Positions 36,497-46,300 of a stretch of DNA of 64,000 nt are shown here, in pieces. Under the pieces are notes generated by a model. It had not been told where the DNA came from, did not search any database, and was given only the letters and a program-made list of their open reading frames with translations. This stretch comes from an uncultured Gemmatimonadales bacterium (GTDB lineage Bacteria; Gemmatimonadota; Gemmatimonadetes; Gemmatimonadales; GWC2-71-9). Every line of letters begins with the position of its first letter. Position 1 is the stretch's first letter. The DNA lies in assembly GCA_963821525.1 (NCBI GenBank), contig CAWGED010000005.1:608001-672000 (forward strand), in the 5' to 3' direction. The position numbers and the translations under genes are program-made.

Positions 36497-38194
36497 ATGG
36501 CACTGGCTCTCGCTCGAAGATACCGCCCCCGACGCTTCAGCGATCTGCTGGTTCAGGACCACGTCGCCGCCGCGCTGCGCGGCGCGGTGGTGAAGAACCG
36601 GGTCGGTCACGGCTACCTGCTGACCGGCCCGCGCGGGGTCGGGAAGACCACGGCCGCCCGCATCCTCGCGATGGCGCTCAACTGCGAGCGGAAGGGCACG
36701 GCGAAGCCGCGAGGGCGAGCCCTGCGGCGAGTGCGAGAGCTGCCTCCGGATCTGGAACGGCTCCGCCAATCTCGACGTGGTGGAGATCGACGCGGCGAGC
36801 AACCGCGGGGTGGACGACGCGCGGGATCTCCGGGAGCGGGCGATGTATGCCGCCTCCCAGGCGGGGCACCACAAGGTCTACATCGTGGACGAAGCCCACA
36901 TGCTCACCCGCGAGGCGTGGAACGCGCTGCTCAAGATCCTGGAGGAGCCGCCGCCGGGCGTGGTGTTCGTCTTCGCCACGACCGAGCCGCCAGAAGATCG
37001 CGCAACAGGCGGCGCCGGTGCTCTCGCGACTGCAGCGATTCGATTTCCGGCGGATCGGTCCCGCGGCGATCCGCGAGCGGCTCCGCGCCGGTTCTCGCCG
37101 CCGAGAAGATCGCAGGCCGACGAGGACGCCCTTACCCTGATCGCCCGTCAGGCCGACGGCGGCATGCGGGACGCGCTCTCCGTGCTCGATCAGTGCCTGA
37201 GCTTCGGCGAAGGCGCCATTACCGCCGCGCGGGTCCGCGAGGTTCTGGGCCTGGTGACCGACGAGGCCTACGCCGACTTGCTCGCGTTGATCGCCGCTCG
37301 AAATCCCGCCGGCGTTTTCCCGCTGGTCGATCGCCTGGCCGACGGCGGGGCCGACCTCATCGAGTTCATGGGTGGGGCCGCGGAAGTGCTTCGTGCGGTG
37401 CTCCTGACCCAGCTGGGCGGGCGATCCGGAGGGGATCACCGAGGGCATGCGGCACGCGGTGCACAGCGGTGCGCGATCGGCTCCCCGCCGGAGACTGCTC
37501 CGGATGCTGAGGCTGTTCGCCGAGATCGAGCCGTCACTCGCTCGGAGCGGAACTCCGCGGCTCGTCGTGGAGACGGTGCTGCTTCGCTGGGCGCTGATGG
37601 ATCGGACGGTGGAGCTGGAGGCAGTACTCGGTGGCGGACAGGGCGATCGGGGCGGACAGGGCGATCGAGGCGGACAGGCGTCGGGCGGACGCGCAGCAAG
37701 CGCGGACGCCGAAGTCCGGCCTCAGCGCGACCGCGGTCGCTCGTCGCGCCGCCCGCCCGTCCGCCCCGTCCGCCTCGTCCGTCGCCGATCGCCCTGTCAG
37801 ATCTCTCCGCCGAATTCACCCTCGCCGGTCTCACCGACGCCTGGCCTCACCTCATGGCTGCCGCACGGCAGCAGAGCCGCTTTCTCGGCGAGGCGCTCGC
37901 CACGGCGACGATCACCGAGGTGGCACCTCCGGTGGTCTGGTTGGCGGCCGAGGGCAATCCGACGCTCGCCGAAGGGCTGCAGCACCAGTTGAAGGCCGTT
38001 GAAGGGTTGATTGGCAAGCTGCGTCGGGGCTTCCGTGCAGGTCCGTATGGCGGCCGAAAAAGAGACGGTCGAGCCCCGCGCAAAGCGCCTGCTCGGAGGG
38101 GCAGGCCAGGGCAGAACGGCTCCGGATCCTGCGGACCAAGGACCCTACCCTCGAAGCCGCCGCCGAGGGCTTAGATTTGGAGGCCCTCGAATAA
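36497..38194 (+). CDS. dnaX: DNA polymerase III subunit gamma/tau (multiple frameshifts)
   Basis: LARRYRP, GPRGVGKTT, EIDAASNRGVDD, IVDEAHML, LLKILEEPP, GGMRDALS; C-terminal ...DPTLEAAAEGLDLEALE*. Confidence 0.93.
37633..37798. repeat. In-frame inverted tandem-repeat hairpin (9/18-nt units) in the dnaX linker
   Basis: (GGCGGACAGGGCGATCGR)x2 at 37633-37668; GTCCGCCCC-type 9-mers at 37759-37785; 37637-37650 is the exact reverse complement of 37785-37798. Confidence 0.75.
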
Positions 38195-38269
38195 CCGGAG
38201 GGCTCCGGCGGGTTGCGGGGCGGTGGGGGGGACCCGTACTTTCCTCAAGCGTTGCAGGGACTTAGCGTA

Positions 38270-38578
38270 ATGGCCGATTTTCAGCAGCTTCTCCAGCTGG
38301 GCCAGCAGGTGCAGGGCCGGCTGCAGCAATTGCAACGGGATCTGGCGGATCAGACGATCGAAGTCCAGGTCGGTGGTGGGATGGTCCGGGTCACGCTGGA
38401 TGGGCGAGGCACCATCCGGGGCCTGACGATCGATCGCGCCGCGTTCGAAGGACGGGACGAGGAGCTGCTGGCCGACCTCATCCTGTCTGCCATCGCCGAG
38501 GGCCAACGCCGGGCAGCAGAGTCGCTCCAGGCCGAGATGCGGAAGATGCCGTCGCTTCCGCTGTCTCTGCCGCTCTGA
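38270..38578 (+). CDS. ybaB: YbaB/EbfC nucleoid-associated protein
   Basis: GGGMVRVTLDG...DEELLADLILSA; located between dnaX and recR. Confidence 0.92.
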   Translation: MADFQQLLQLGQQVQGRLQQLQRDLADQTIEVQVGGGMVRVTLDGRGTIRGLTIDRAAFEGRDEELLADLILSAIAEGQRRAAESLQAEMRKMPSLPLSLPL

Positions 38579-38581
38579 GCC

Positions 38582-39172
38582 GTGAGCGCCGTCGACGATC
38601 TCATAACCGAATTCGCGAAGCTACCAGGCATCGGGAGAAAAACCGCCCAGCGCCTGACCTTTCACCTGCTGCAGCAGCCGGCGGAGCGCTTGACTCGACT
38701 GGCCGCGGCACTGGTGGGGGTCGCGGAACGGGTGCGGCCCTGTACCGAGTGCGGCAATCTCGCCGAGGAAGAGCTTTGCGAGATCTGCCGCGATCCGCGC
38801 CGGGATGCCGGTACCCTCTGTGTCGTGGAGGAGCCGTCGGCGGTCGCGGTGGTGGAGCGGGCCGGTGAATTTCGGGGCCGCTACCACGTCCTGGGCGGCC
38901 ATCTCGATCCTCTGGCAGGGGTGGGGCCCGAATCGCTGCGGATCGACCTCCTCCTCCGGCGGGTTTCCGGGGGTCAGGTGCGGGAAGTGATTCTGGCGAC
39001 CAACCCCTCGATGGAGGGTGAAGTCACCGCCACGTACGTCCAGCAGCTGCTCGAAGGCCAGCCCGTCCGGGTGACTCGGCTGGCCCGCGGTTTGCCGATG
39101 GGGGGCGATTTGGAGTACGTGGACGGCGTCACCCTGGCCCACGCTCTGATCGCACGACAGGAAGTGCGGTAA
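38582..39172 (+). CDS. recR: Recombination mediator RecR
   Basis: LPGIGRKTAQRL, C4 zinc finger, YHVLGG, EVILATNPSMEGE, GLPMGGDLEYVD. Confidence 0.97.
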   Translation: MSAVDDLITEFAKLPGIGRKTAQRLTFHLLQQPAERLTRLAAALVGVAERVRPCTECGNLAEEELCEICRDPRRDAGTLCVVEEPSAVAVVERAGEFRGRYHVLGGHLDPLAGVGPESLRIDLLLRRVSGGQVREVILATNPSMEGEVTATYVQQLLEGQPVRVTRLARGLPMGGDLEYVDGVTLAHALIARQEVR

Positions 39173-39441
39173 TGCGGGCCCGGGCACTCGCGGTGGCGCT
39201 GGGAGTCGCCGGGGGCGCGGCCATGGGATGGCTGCTGGCCCAACGGCACATGCGGGAACACCAGGAAGATCTGTTCAGTCCGCGGCCGCTGCGCCGCCAC
39301 GCGGCGCTGGGGCACCTGGCCGCCAGCGAAGGCGTCGAGACTGTTCGCCTGCTGCGGGATTATCTGGAGTGGGAATCGCAGCCCATGCTTCGCCGCCGGG
39401 CGGAAGGAATTCTCCGCCGGCTCGAAGCCGCCCTCGGGTAA
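39172..39441 (+). CDS. Small membrane-anchored hypothetical protein (HEAT-like helices)
   Basis: TAATG coupling to recR; N-terminal TM helix; 89 aa. Confidence 0.75.
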   Translation: MRARALAVALGVAGGAAMGWLLAQRHMREHQEDLFSPRPLRRHAALGHLAASEGVETVRLLRDYLEWESQPMLRRRAEGILRRLEAALG

Positions 39442-39455
39442 CCACAGGGGAATCG

Positions 39456-39947
39456 ATGTCCGGAGCTTCCAGCTGGTCATTCCGGGAAGAGGACTCGACC
39501 CGCATCCACGGGTTGCTGGGCCAATTCCTCCGGGAATCCAACGCGCGCACGGCGATGATCGTCGATCGCGCGGGCCAGATGGTGGCCGTGGTCGGCGAGG
39601 AGCCGGTCTTCGACCCCACCGCTTTCGCCTCCCTTACCGCGGCCGATTTCAGCGCCAACGATCAGCTGGCCCGGATGATCGGCGAGCCCGAGTTCGGCGC
39701 GCTGTTCCACCAGGGCGAGAAGGAATCGATGTACCTCGCCGACATCGCGCGGCGAGTCATCCTCGTGGTGCTGTTCGACAACCGGACGACGCTCGGGCTG
39801 GTCAAGCTCCGGGTGAAGCAGACCGTCCTGGACCTCACCCAGGTCTTCCACGAAATGTTCACACGGGGCACCGCGTCCACCAGCCAGGTGGAAACGGCGT
39901 TCCTCGGCGAGGCGGAAGATGAGATTGACAAGCTCTTCGGGGCGTGA
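39456..39947 (+). CDS. mglB: Roadblock/LC7 MglB GTPase-activating protein
   Basis: FASLTAADFSANDQLARMIGE.EF..LFHQGE, TTLGLVKLRVK, EIDKLF. Confidence 0.92.
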   Translation: MSGASSWSFREEDSTRIHGLLGQFLRESNARTAMIVDRAGQMVAVVGEEPVFDPTAFASLTAADFSANDQLARMIGEPEFGALFHQGEKESMYLADIARRVILVVLFDNRTTLGLVKLRVKQTVLDLTQVFHEMFTRGTASTSQVETAFLGEAEDEIDKLFGA

Positions 39948-39963
39948 GGCGGAGTATTAGCGC

Positions 39964-40638
39964 ATGTCGATGATCAACTACGCGTCCCGCGAGATCAACT
40001 GCAAGCTGGTCTACTACGGGCCCGGCCTCGGCGGCAAGACGACGAATCTCGAGTACGTCTACAACAAGGTCTCGCCCAATTCCCGCGGCAAGCTGATCTC
40101 CCTCGCCACCGAAACCGAGCGGACCCTGTTCTTCGACTTCCTCCCCGTGGACCTGGGCACCATCCGCGGGTTCAAGACCCGCTTCCACCTCTACACCGTT
40201 CCGGGCCAGGTCTACTACAACGCGTCCCGCAAGCTGATCCTCAAGGGCGTGGACGGGGTGGTATTCGTGGCCGACAGCCAGATCGAGCGGATGGAAGCCA
40301 ACATCGAGTCGATGCAGAACCTGTACGACAACATGGCGCAGCACGGCTATAACTTGACGACGATCCCGTTCGTGGTCCAGTACAACAAGCGGGATCTCCC
40401 CAACGCGGCGACCATCGGCGAGCTGCAGGCGGCGCTGAATCCGGGCTGGCCGGTCGAGGATCCCGCCAGGCAACGCGCCGCCGCGGACCCGTACCACGAG
40501 GGTCAGCACCTGGTGGAGCTGGTGGATGGACAATGGATCGAACGGGCGCCGTACTTTGAAGCGGTCGCCATGAACGGCGACGGCGTCTTCGACACCCTCA
40601 AGGCGGTCAGCAAGTTGGTGCTCAAGACCCTGGGGTAA
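39964..40638 (+). CDS. mglA: Small Ras-like GTPase MglA
   Basis: [46 protein letters not shown]. Confidence 0.96.
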   Translation: MSMINYASREINCKLVYYGPGLGGKTTNLEYVYNKVSPNSRGKLISLATETERTLFFDFLPVDLGTIRGFKTRFHLYTVPGQVYYNASRKLILKGVDGVVFVADSQIERMEANIESMQNLYDNMAQHGYNLTTIPFVVQYNKRDLPNAATIGELQAALNPGWPVEDPARQRAAADPYHEGQHLVELVDGQWIERAPYFEAVAMNGDGVFDTLKAVSKLVLKTLG

Positions 40639-40648
40639 GTGGCCCGAC

Positions 40649-41284
40649 ATGTGGAACCCTCCCCAACATCCTCACCCTGGTCCGGATCGGGCTCACCCCG
40701 GTCATCGCACTCCTGCCGTTCATCGATGGTTACTGGCCCAAGCTGATCTGCTTCACGATTTTCATCTTCGCCGCCGTCACCGACGTCATCGACGGCTATC
40801 TCGCCCGCAGCCGCAACCATGGTCACCGACCTGGGCAAGCTGCTGGATCCGATCGCCGACAAGCTGCTGCTCTTCGCGACCCTCATCCCGATCTACTGGA
40901 TCTCCCGCACCCGGCATGACCTGTACGACATCCCGGTCTGGGGCAGCATCCCGCTCTGGGTCTGCGTGCTGCTGATCGGCCGCGAGATCGCGATGACCGG
41001 GTTCCGCTGGTGGGCCAAGCGGCAGGGCGTCGTGATTCCCGCCGGCACCGCCGGGAAGCTCAAGGCCACGATCCAGAACATCTTCATCGGCGCCACGTTT
41101 CTCTGGTTCACCTTCCGCGACGCGCGCAAGCCGATGGGTTGGGAACACAACCGGATCGCCGAGTACTGGAACGAATTCCACGGTGGCGTAGTGGCTCTCA
41201 CGCTGGCTCTCGCCACGCGTGCTGACCATCTATTCGTTCGTGGACTACATGTTCCAGTACCGGACCCTGTTCAAGAGCCGTTAG
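40649..41284 (+). CDS. pgsA: CDP-alcohol phosphatidyltransferase, PgsA-like (frameshifts)
   Basis: NLPNILTLVRI, TDVIDGYLAR, VTDLGKLLDPIADKLL, GRE, GKLKA across frames; upstream of cinA. Confidence 0.88.
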
Positions 41285-41310
41285 CCATCAGCCCTCAGCC
41301 GTCGGCGATC

Positions 41311-42567
41311 GTGTCATCCATCGAACTCCTCACCGTCGGCACCGAGCTCCTCCTCGGCTTCACCGTGGACACCAACTCGGCGGAGATTGGTCGTACTCTC
41401 GCCGCGGCTGGAGTCAGCGTGGCCCGTCGTACCACGGTGGGAGACGATGCCGCGGCAATCCGGGACGCCGTATCAGCCGCCCTCGCGCGATCTGGAATCG
41501 TGTTGGTCACTGGTGGCCTCGGTCCCACCGCTGATGATGTCACCAAGAAGGCGGTGGCCGAGCTGTTTCAGGCTCCGCTCGAATTCCAGCAATCCGTCTG
41601 GGATGCGCTCGTCGCGCGATTCGCGCGCATGGGCAGGGTGCCTTCGCCGGCCAATCGCTGTCAGGCCGAAGTGCCCCGTGGCGCAACTGTCCTTCCCAAT
41701 CGGTGGGGAACCGCTCCCGGACTGTGGCTGGAGGGATCGCCTGGAATCGTGATCATGCTCCCGGGTGTCCCCCATGAGATGCGCAACCTGCTCACCCACG
41801 AAGTACTGCCCCGGCTCGCGTCGCGGGCAGGCAGCGGAGTGGTGCGCTCGCGGGCGGTACGGACGTGGGGTGTTCCCGAGTCCAGTCTCGCCGAGAAGTT
41901 GGACGGCGTCGAGGGTGATATTGCTCCCCTCTCGCTCGCCTACCTGCCCGGAATCAACGGCGTTGATCTGAGACTCACTGCGTGGGACCTTCCCGCGGCG
42001 GAAGCGGATGAGCGACTCGGGGCAGGGATCAAGCGGTTGCATGGCAGGATCGGTGATCCGGTCTATGGAGAGGACGAGGATGACCTCGCGGCATTGCTGC
42101 TCGACCAGGCCCGACGGCTCGGCCTCTCGATCGCGACCGCCGAGTCATGCACCGGTGGGCTGGTGGGGGCGCGGCTCACGGAGGTGCCCGGCAGCTCGGA
42201 GGTGTATCTCGGCGGAATCGTGGCCTATAGCAATGCGGCGAAGGTGGCGGAATTGAACGTCTCCGCGCAGCTTATCGTCGAGCATGGTGCGGTGAGCGAA
42301 CAGGTGGCACGCGCGATGGCTCACGGTGCGACACAGGTATTCGGCGCTGATGCCGCCATGAGCGTCACTGGTATTGCGGGGCCGGGCGGCGGAACCGCGG
42401 AGAAACCGGTCGGATTGGTTTTTGTAGCATCCGCGTTCGGCGGTGAGACTACCTGCACTCGCTACATGTTCCCCGGCAGCCGGGATGATGTCCGCGGGCG
42501 GGCGGCTCAAGCCGCGTTGTTCCAGCTCTGGCGACTCCTGGAAGGAGTGAGCCCGTCACCAGGGTGA
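41311..42567 (+). CDS. cinA: Competence/damage-inducible protein CinA (MocF + PncC domains)
   Basis: VGTELLLG..VDTN, GGLGPTADDVT, LPGVPHEM, AESCTGG, GAVS, TGIAGPGGG. Confidence 0.95.
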   Translation: MSSIELLTVGTELLLGFTVDTNSAEIGRTLAAAGVSVARRTTVGDDAAAIRDAVSAALARSGIVLVTGGLGPTADDVTKKAVAELFQAPLEFQQSVWDALVARFARMGRVPSPANRCQAEVPRGATVLPNRWGTAPGLWLEGSPGIVIMLPGVPHEMRNLLTHEVLPRLASRAGSGVVRSRAVRTWGVPESSLAEKLDGVEGDIAPLSLAYLPGINGVDLRLTAWDLPAAEADERLGAGIKRLHGRIGDPVYGEDEDDLAALLLDQARRLGLSIATAESCTGGLVGARLTEVPGSSEVYLGGIVAYSNAAKVAELNVSAQLIVEHGAVSEQVARAMAHGATQVFGADAAMSVTGIAGPGGGTAEKPVGLVFVASAFGGETTCTRYMFPGSRDDVRGRAAQAALFQLWRLLEGVSPSPG

Positions 42568-42676
42568 CGGTCAGCCCGCGCTCGAAGGTTGCCATTCCCG
42601 ATGGTGAGATCCTACTTACCGACACGAGATCCCATGGTCCACGTGCACCCGCACGACCCGCATCGCTTCGGAAGCA

Positions 42677-43303
42677 TTGCTCGATCCGGCAGACCGGATC
42701 TCGGAGGTGCTCTTCGGGGTCATCATGGTACTTACGTTTACCGGATCACTCAGTGTCGCCGAGGCGGGACAGGCTGACGTGCAGGAGATGCTGCGCGGCG
42801 CGCTGGGTTGCAATATCGCGTGGGGAATCGTCGACGGCTTCATCCTCGTAATGTTCCGGGTGGCCGAACGGCGCCGGACATACCTCGTCGGGCGGGCGGT
42901 CCGCGAGTCCGGCGACGGAGCCGCCGCCATCCAGGCCTTGAGGAACTGGCTGCCAAGCGAGGCGGTGGCGTTAATGGAGCCGGCCCATCTCGACCACATG
43001 ATCCGGAAGGTGCGCACCCTGCCGCAACCGCCGGCTCCCCACGTCAATTGGAGTGATCTCGGTGCAGCTGGCGTCGTGTTCCTGCTGGTTTTTCTCTCGA
43101 CCCTCCCGCTGATCGCACCCTTCGTGTTCATGACCGAGATTCACCGGGCGCTGCGCCTCTCCCACGCCATCGCCCTCGTGATGCTCTTCGTGCTCGGAGC
43201 CGCCTATGGGCGAACTACCGGCCAACCAGGCCTGCGGGCCGGCATCTTTATGGCAGGTTTCGGCGTCGTGCTGGCGGTGGTGACTCTCCTGCTCGGGGGT
43301 TGA
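42677..43303 (+). CDS. VIT1/CCC1-like membrane protein
   Basis: LDPADRISEVLFGVIMVLTFTG, GCNIAWGIVDG, 5 TM segments. The true start may be ATG 42634 via a frameshift. Confidence 0.72.
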   Translation: MLDPADRISEVLFGVIMVLTFTGSLSVAEAGQADVQEMLRGALGCNIAWGIVDGFILVMFRVAERRRTYLVGRAVRESGDGAAAIQALRNWLPSEAVALMEPAHLDHMIRKVRTLPQPPAPHVNWSDLGAAGVVFLLVFLSTLPLIAPFVFMTEIHRALRLSHAIALVMLFVLGAAYGRTTGQPGLRAGIFMAGFGVVLAVVTLLLGG

Positions 43304-43309
43304 ACTCGG

Positions 43310-44398
43310 TCATCCGACCCCTGGGGTCGCGGCCGGCTCCTTCGCCGGACTCGTTTGCTCCGGGTCCTCGGTTACCCACCACACGAGCAGAGTGTAGGTA
43401 ACCGCGAGAACCACCGGGCCCACGAAGATCCCAATCAGTCCGAAACCAATCAATCCACCGATCACACCCAGGAAGACGAGCGGGAGGGGCAGGTCGGCTC
43501 CCCGCTTGATGAGGATGGGCCGAAGGATGTTGTCCATGGTGACGCATACCAGGGTCCAGAGAAGGAACAGCGTGGCCTTTCCCGTTTGGCCGGTGGAGTA
43601 CATCCAGAAGACGGCGGGGAACATGACGAGGGCCGGTCCCACCTGAGCAACACAGAGCAGAAAGATGACGGCGGTGAGAAACGCCGCTTGTGGAATACCG
43701 AACAGCCACAGGCCGAGCCCGCTCAGCGCTGTCTGCAAGATCGCGGTGACTACCACTCCGAATGCCACACCACGGATAGCCTGTCCCGCCAGGACGACCA
43801 CCCGGTCTCCTCGCTCGCCGGCCAGGCGCTCGGCGAATCGTCGAACCCCGTAGGCCGCGATCTCTCCATTGGCGTAGAGGATTCCCGCGGCTATCACGAT
43901 CACGATCAGTTGGACTACCAGTGCCAGGAAGCTGCCGGCCTTGCGGCCCAGCCAGGCGGCGATGGGCTGGAGGTAAGGCTGAATCTTGGTGCTAAGGTCC
44001 ACCTGGCCCGAGGAAACCTCTCGCCACGCCGCATCGATCTTGGTGCCAACCATTGGCACCTTTTGCACCCAGGCCGGCGGAGGAGGTACCGTAATGTTGT
44101 TGAGCTGTCCCGATTGCAACTCTCCCACACGGCCGGCGACGGAACCAACGGCCAGCCCGATCGGGACCGCAAACAGCAAGAACAAGGCGAGCGTCATGCC
44201 GGTAACGGCGAGTGCCCGCTTCCCCCAAAGGCGTCGCTGAAGACTGATGAGCACTGGCCAGGTCGCGACCACGATCATCGTTGCCCAGATCACCGCGCCC
44301 AGCAGCGGCTGCACGATGAAAAGGGACGAAATCAACAGGAAGAGGATCGCGACGACCGCGATCGTCGTGCGGGGAAGTTCGCGGTTGGGCGCTGTCAT
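43310..44398 (-). CDS. ydiK: AI-2E family transporter (YdiK-like)
   Basis: WATMIVVATWP, IRGVAFGVVVTA, DNILRPILI..GADLP, GLIGIFVGP. Confidence 0.88.
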   Translation of the reverse strand: MTAPNRELPRTTIAVVAILFLLISSLFIVQPLLGAVIWATMIVVATWPVLISLQRRLWGKRALAVTGMTLALFLLFAVPIGLAVGSVAGRVGELQSGQLNNITVPPPPAWVQKVPMVGTKIDAAWREVSSGQVDLSTKIQPYLQPIAAWLGRKAGSFLALVVQLIVIVIAAGILYANGEIAAYGVRRFAERLAGERGDRVVVLAGQAIRGVAFGVVVTAILQTALSGLGLWLFGIPQAAFLTAVIFLLCVAQVGPALVMFPAVFWMYSTGQTGKATLFLLWTLVCVTMDNILRPILIKRGADLPLPLVFLGVIGGLIGFGLIGIFVGPVVLAVTYTLLVWWVTEDPEQTSPAKEPAATPGVG

Positions 44399-44618
44399 GA
44401 TCGCTCCGTGTGGATCCCGGGGTTAACTACCTGGCGAAGTGTCCGCGGGCCAAGTCGCGAGAGGCGGCTGCCCACTACACATACAGTCCGAAGGATGCCC
44501 GCGCCAGCAGCCCTCTAGGGCAACGCTTGCCCCCTGTGCCAGCTTGGCCTACTTCTCGGCACCTTCCGCGCGCTGCTATCTTTCGGTGCAAAGTGGGACT
44601 ACCTCGAGAGTGTAACTG

Positions 44619-45197
44619 ATGAAGAAACCAGATGTTAGGAATCAGGAAGCGGAGGCCGATCCTCCCCCCGCCGAGGCGGAGAATCCGCCCGAGACTGCCG
44701 TAGGGGCGGTTGGGCTTCCCGCTGAATTGAGTGAAGAGGCCGTCAAGCGGCTGGAAGACCAACTCGCCGAATTGCGCGACCGGCATGTTCGCCTCGCCGC
44801 CGAGTACGACAATTTCCGCAAGCGCGCCGCCAAGGAGCGGATCGAACTCACCGATCGGGCCCAGGCTGCGCTGGCAGGGAAGCTGCTCGACGTGCTCGAT
44901 GACCTGGACCGGGTCGAGAGCGGCGGCCAACTAAGTGAGAACGACGTAGTGCAACAGGCCCTCATTCTGATCGAGAGAAAACTCCGGAAGGAACTCGAGG
45001 CCGCGGGTCTCGAGCGGCTCGACCCTGTCGGTATGCCGTTCGATCCGAGCCTGCACGAGGCGGTCTCTGTCGTTCCCGCGCCCGATCCTTCTAAGGATCA
45101 CACGGTAAGCGCCACCTTTCAGGCTGGGTATCGCTTCAAGGGATCGCTGCTCCGTCCGGCGCGAGTCCAGGTCTTCTCCAGCGAAGGACACGTCTAA
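44619..45197 (+). CDS. grpE: Nucleotide exchange factor GrpE
   Basis: RLAAEYDNFRKR, FDPSLHEAV, GYRFKGSLLRPARV. Confidence 0.95.
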   Translation: MKKPDVRNQEAEADPPPAEAENPPETAVGAVGLPAELSEEAVKRLEDQLAELRDRHVRLAAEYDNFRKRAAKERIELTDRAQAALAGKLLDVLDDLDRVESGGQLSENDVVQQALILIERKLRKELEAAGLERLDPVGMPFDPSLHEAVSVVPAPDPSKDHTVSATFQAGYRFKGSLLRPARVQVFSSEGHV

Positions 45198-45199
45198 AC

Positions 45200-46294
45200 G
45201 TGGCGAAGGACTTCTATCAGGTCCTCGGCGTCCCGGACACGGCGACTCCCGAGGACATCAAGAAGGCCTATCGGCGACTCGCCAAGCAGTATCACCCCGA
45301 CGCCAATCCCAGCAACCCGTCGGCGGCTGACCGCTTCAAGGAGGTTTCCGAAGCGCACACCGTTCTTTCGGATGCGGAAAAGCGCAAGCAGTACGATGCG
45401 ATGCGACGGTATGGCGCATTCGAGCCGCGCGCTCCGGGTGGCGCCGGTCGCAGAAGCGGTGCGCCCGGCGCAGGACCCAGCGTTGAAGAGTTCGATATCA
45501 ATGACCTCGGCGGTCTCGGTGGTCTGGGGGACATTTTCTCCTCGATCTTCGGCCGGAGCCGCCGCGATGAGCCGGTCACTGAAACGCTCGAGACGGTAGT
45601 TGAAATTCCGTTCCGGGTCGCGGCTCTCGGTGGGAAGGTCCCGGTGACGCTGCCGGTCAATGAGACTTGTTCCGAGTGCGGCGGGAGTGGCGCCGCGAAG
45701 GGCGCCAGGCTGCAGACCTGCCCGGAGTGCAACGGCCGAGGCACCGTGACTTTCGGTCAGGGAAGCTTCGCGGTCAGCCGGCCGTGTCCCAAGTGCCGGG
45801 GCCGCGGCAAGATCCCCAGTACGCCATGCCCGGTCTGTCATGGCGCCGGGGAAACTCGAGTAGAGCGTCAGGTCGTCATCACGGTTCCTCCCGGCACCGA
45901 AACTGGAACGCGCATCCGTCTCAAAGGTCAGGGTGGCTCACCTCGTCCGGGCGAACCTCCGGGAGACTTGCTCGTCACGTTCCAGGTTCAACCCGATCGC
46001 TTCTTTCACCGCGACGGGCTCGATCTGGTCTGCGAGGTTCCGATCAATGTCGCCCAGGCAGCGCTGGGAACCCGGCTACGGGTGCGGACCCTCGATGGGA
46101 AGAAAGTCGTCCTGAAGGTTCCGGCCGGCACTCAGCCCGGCAGGAAATTCCGGATCAAGGGTCTGGGCTTGGAGAAGGGTGGCCGCCGGGGGGATCAATT
46201 GGTGCAGGTGCAGGTCGAGGTACCCGAGCGCCTGACCGCGGAGCAGGAAGAGCTGTTCAAGAAGTTCGCCGAGGCGACAGACCTCAAGTACTAG
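45200..46294 (+). CDS. dnaJ: Molecular chaperone DnaJ
   Basis: J domain with HPD, four CxxCxGxG motifs, C-terminal domain. Confidence 0.95.
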   Translation: MAKDFYQVLGVPDTATPEDIKKAYRRLAKQYHPDANPSNPSAADRFKEVSEAHTVLSDAEKRKQYDAMRRYGAFEPRAPGGAGRRSGAPGAGPSVEEFDINDLGGLGGLGDIFSSIFGRSRRDEPVTETLETVVEIPFRVAALGGKVPVTLPVNETCSECGGSGAAKGARLQTCPECNGRGTVTFGQGSFAVSRPCPKCRGRGKIPSTPCPVCHGAGETRVERQVVITVPPGTETGTRIRLKGQGGSPRPGEPPGDLLVTFQVQPDRFFHRDGLDLVCEVPINVAQAALGTRLRVRTLDGKKVVLKVPAGTQPGRKFRIKGLGLEKGGRRGDQLVQVQVEVPERLTAEQEELFKKFAEATDLKY

Positions 46295-46300
46295 CCGCTC

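Noticed and set aside
36497..38194. Programmed frameshifting in dnaX
   Set aside because: There are many frame breaks, including in the AAA+ core, within an error-dense zone shared with the symporter gene. I saw no A-AAA-AAG or T9 slippery site. Sequencing error is more likely.
40819..42567. PgsA-CinA fusion (582-aa ORF)
   Set aside because: It is created by an indel near 41220. The pgsA frame ends at TAG 41284 and cinA has its own GTG at 41311.
44540..44618. CIRCE element upstream of grpE
   Set aside because: Only partial half-site resemblances (GGCACCT, GAGTGTAA) without the 9-nt spacing.
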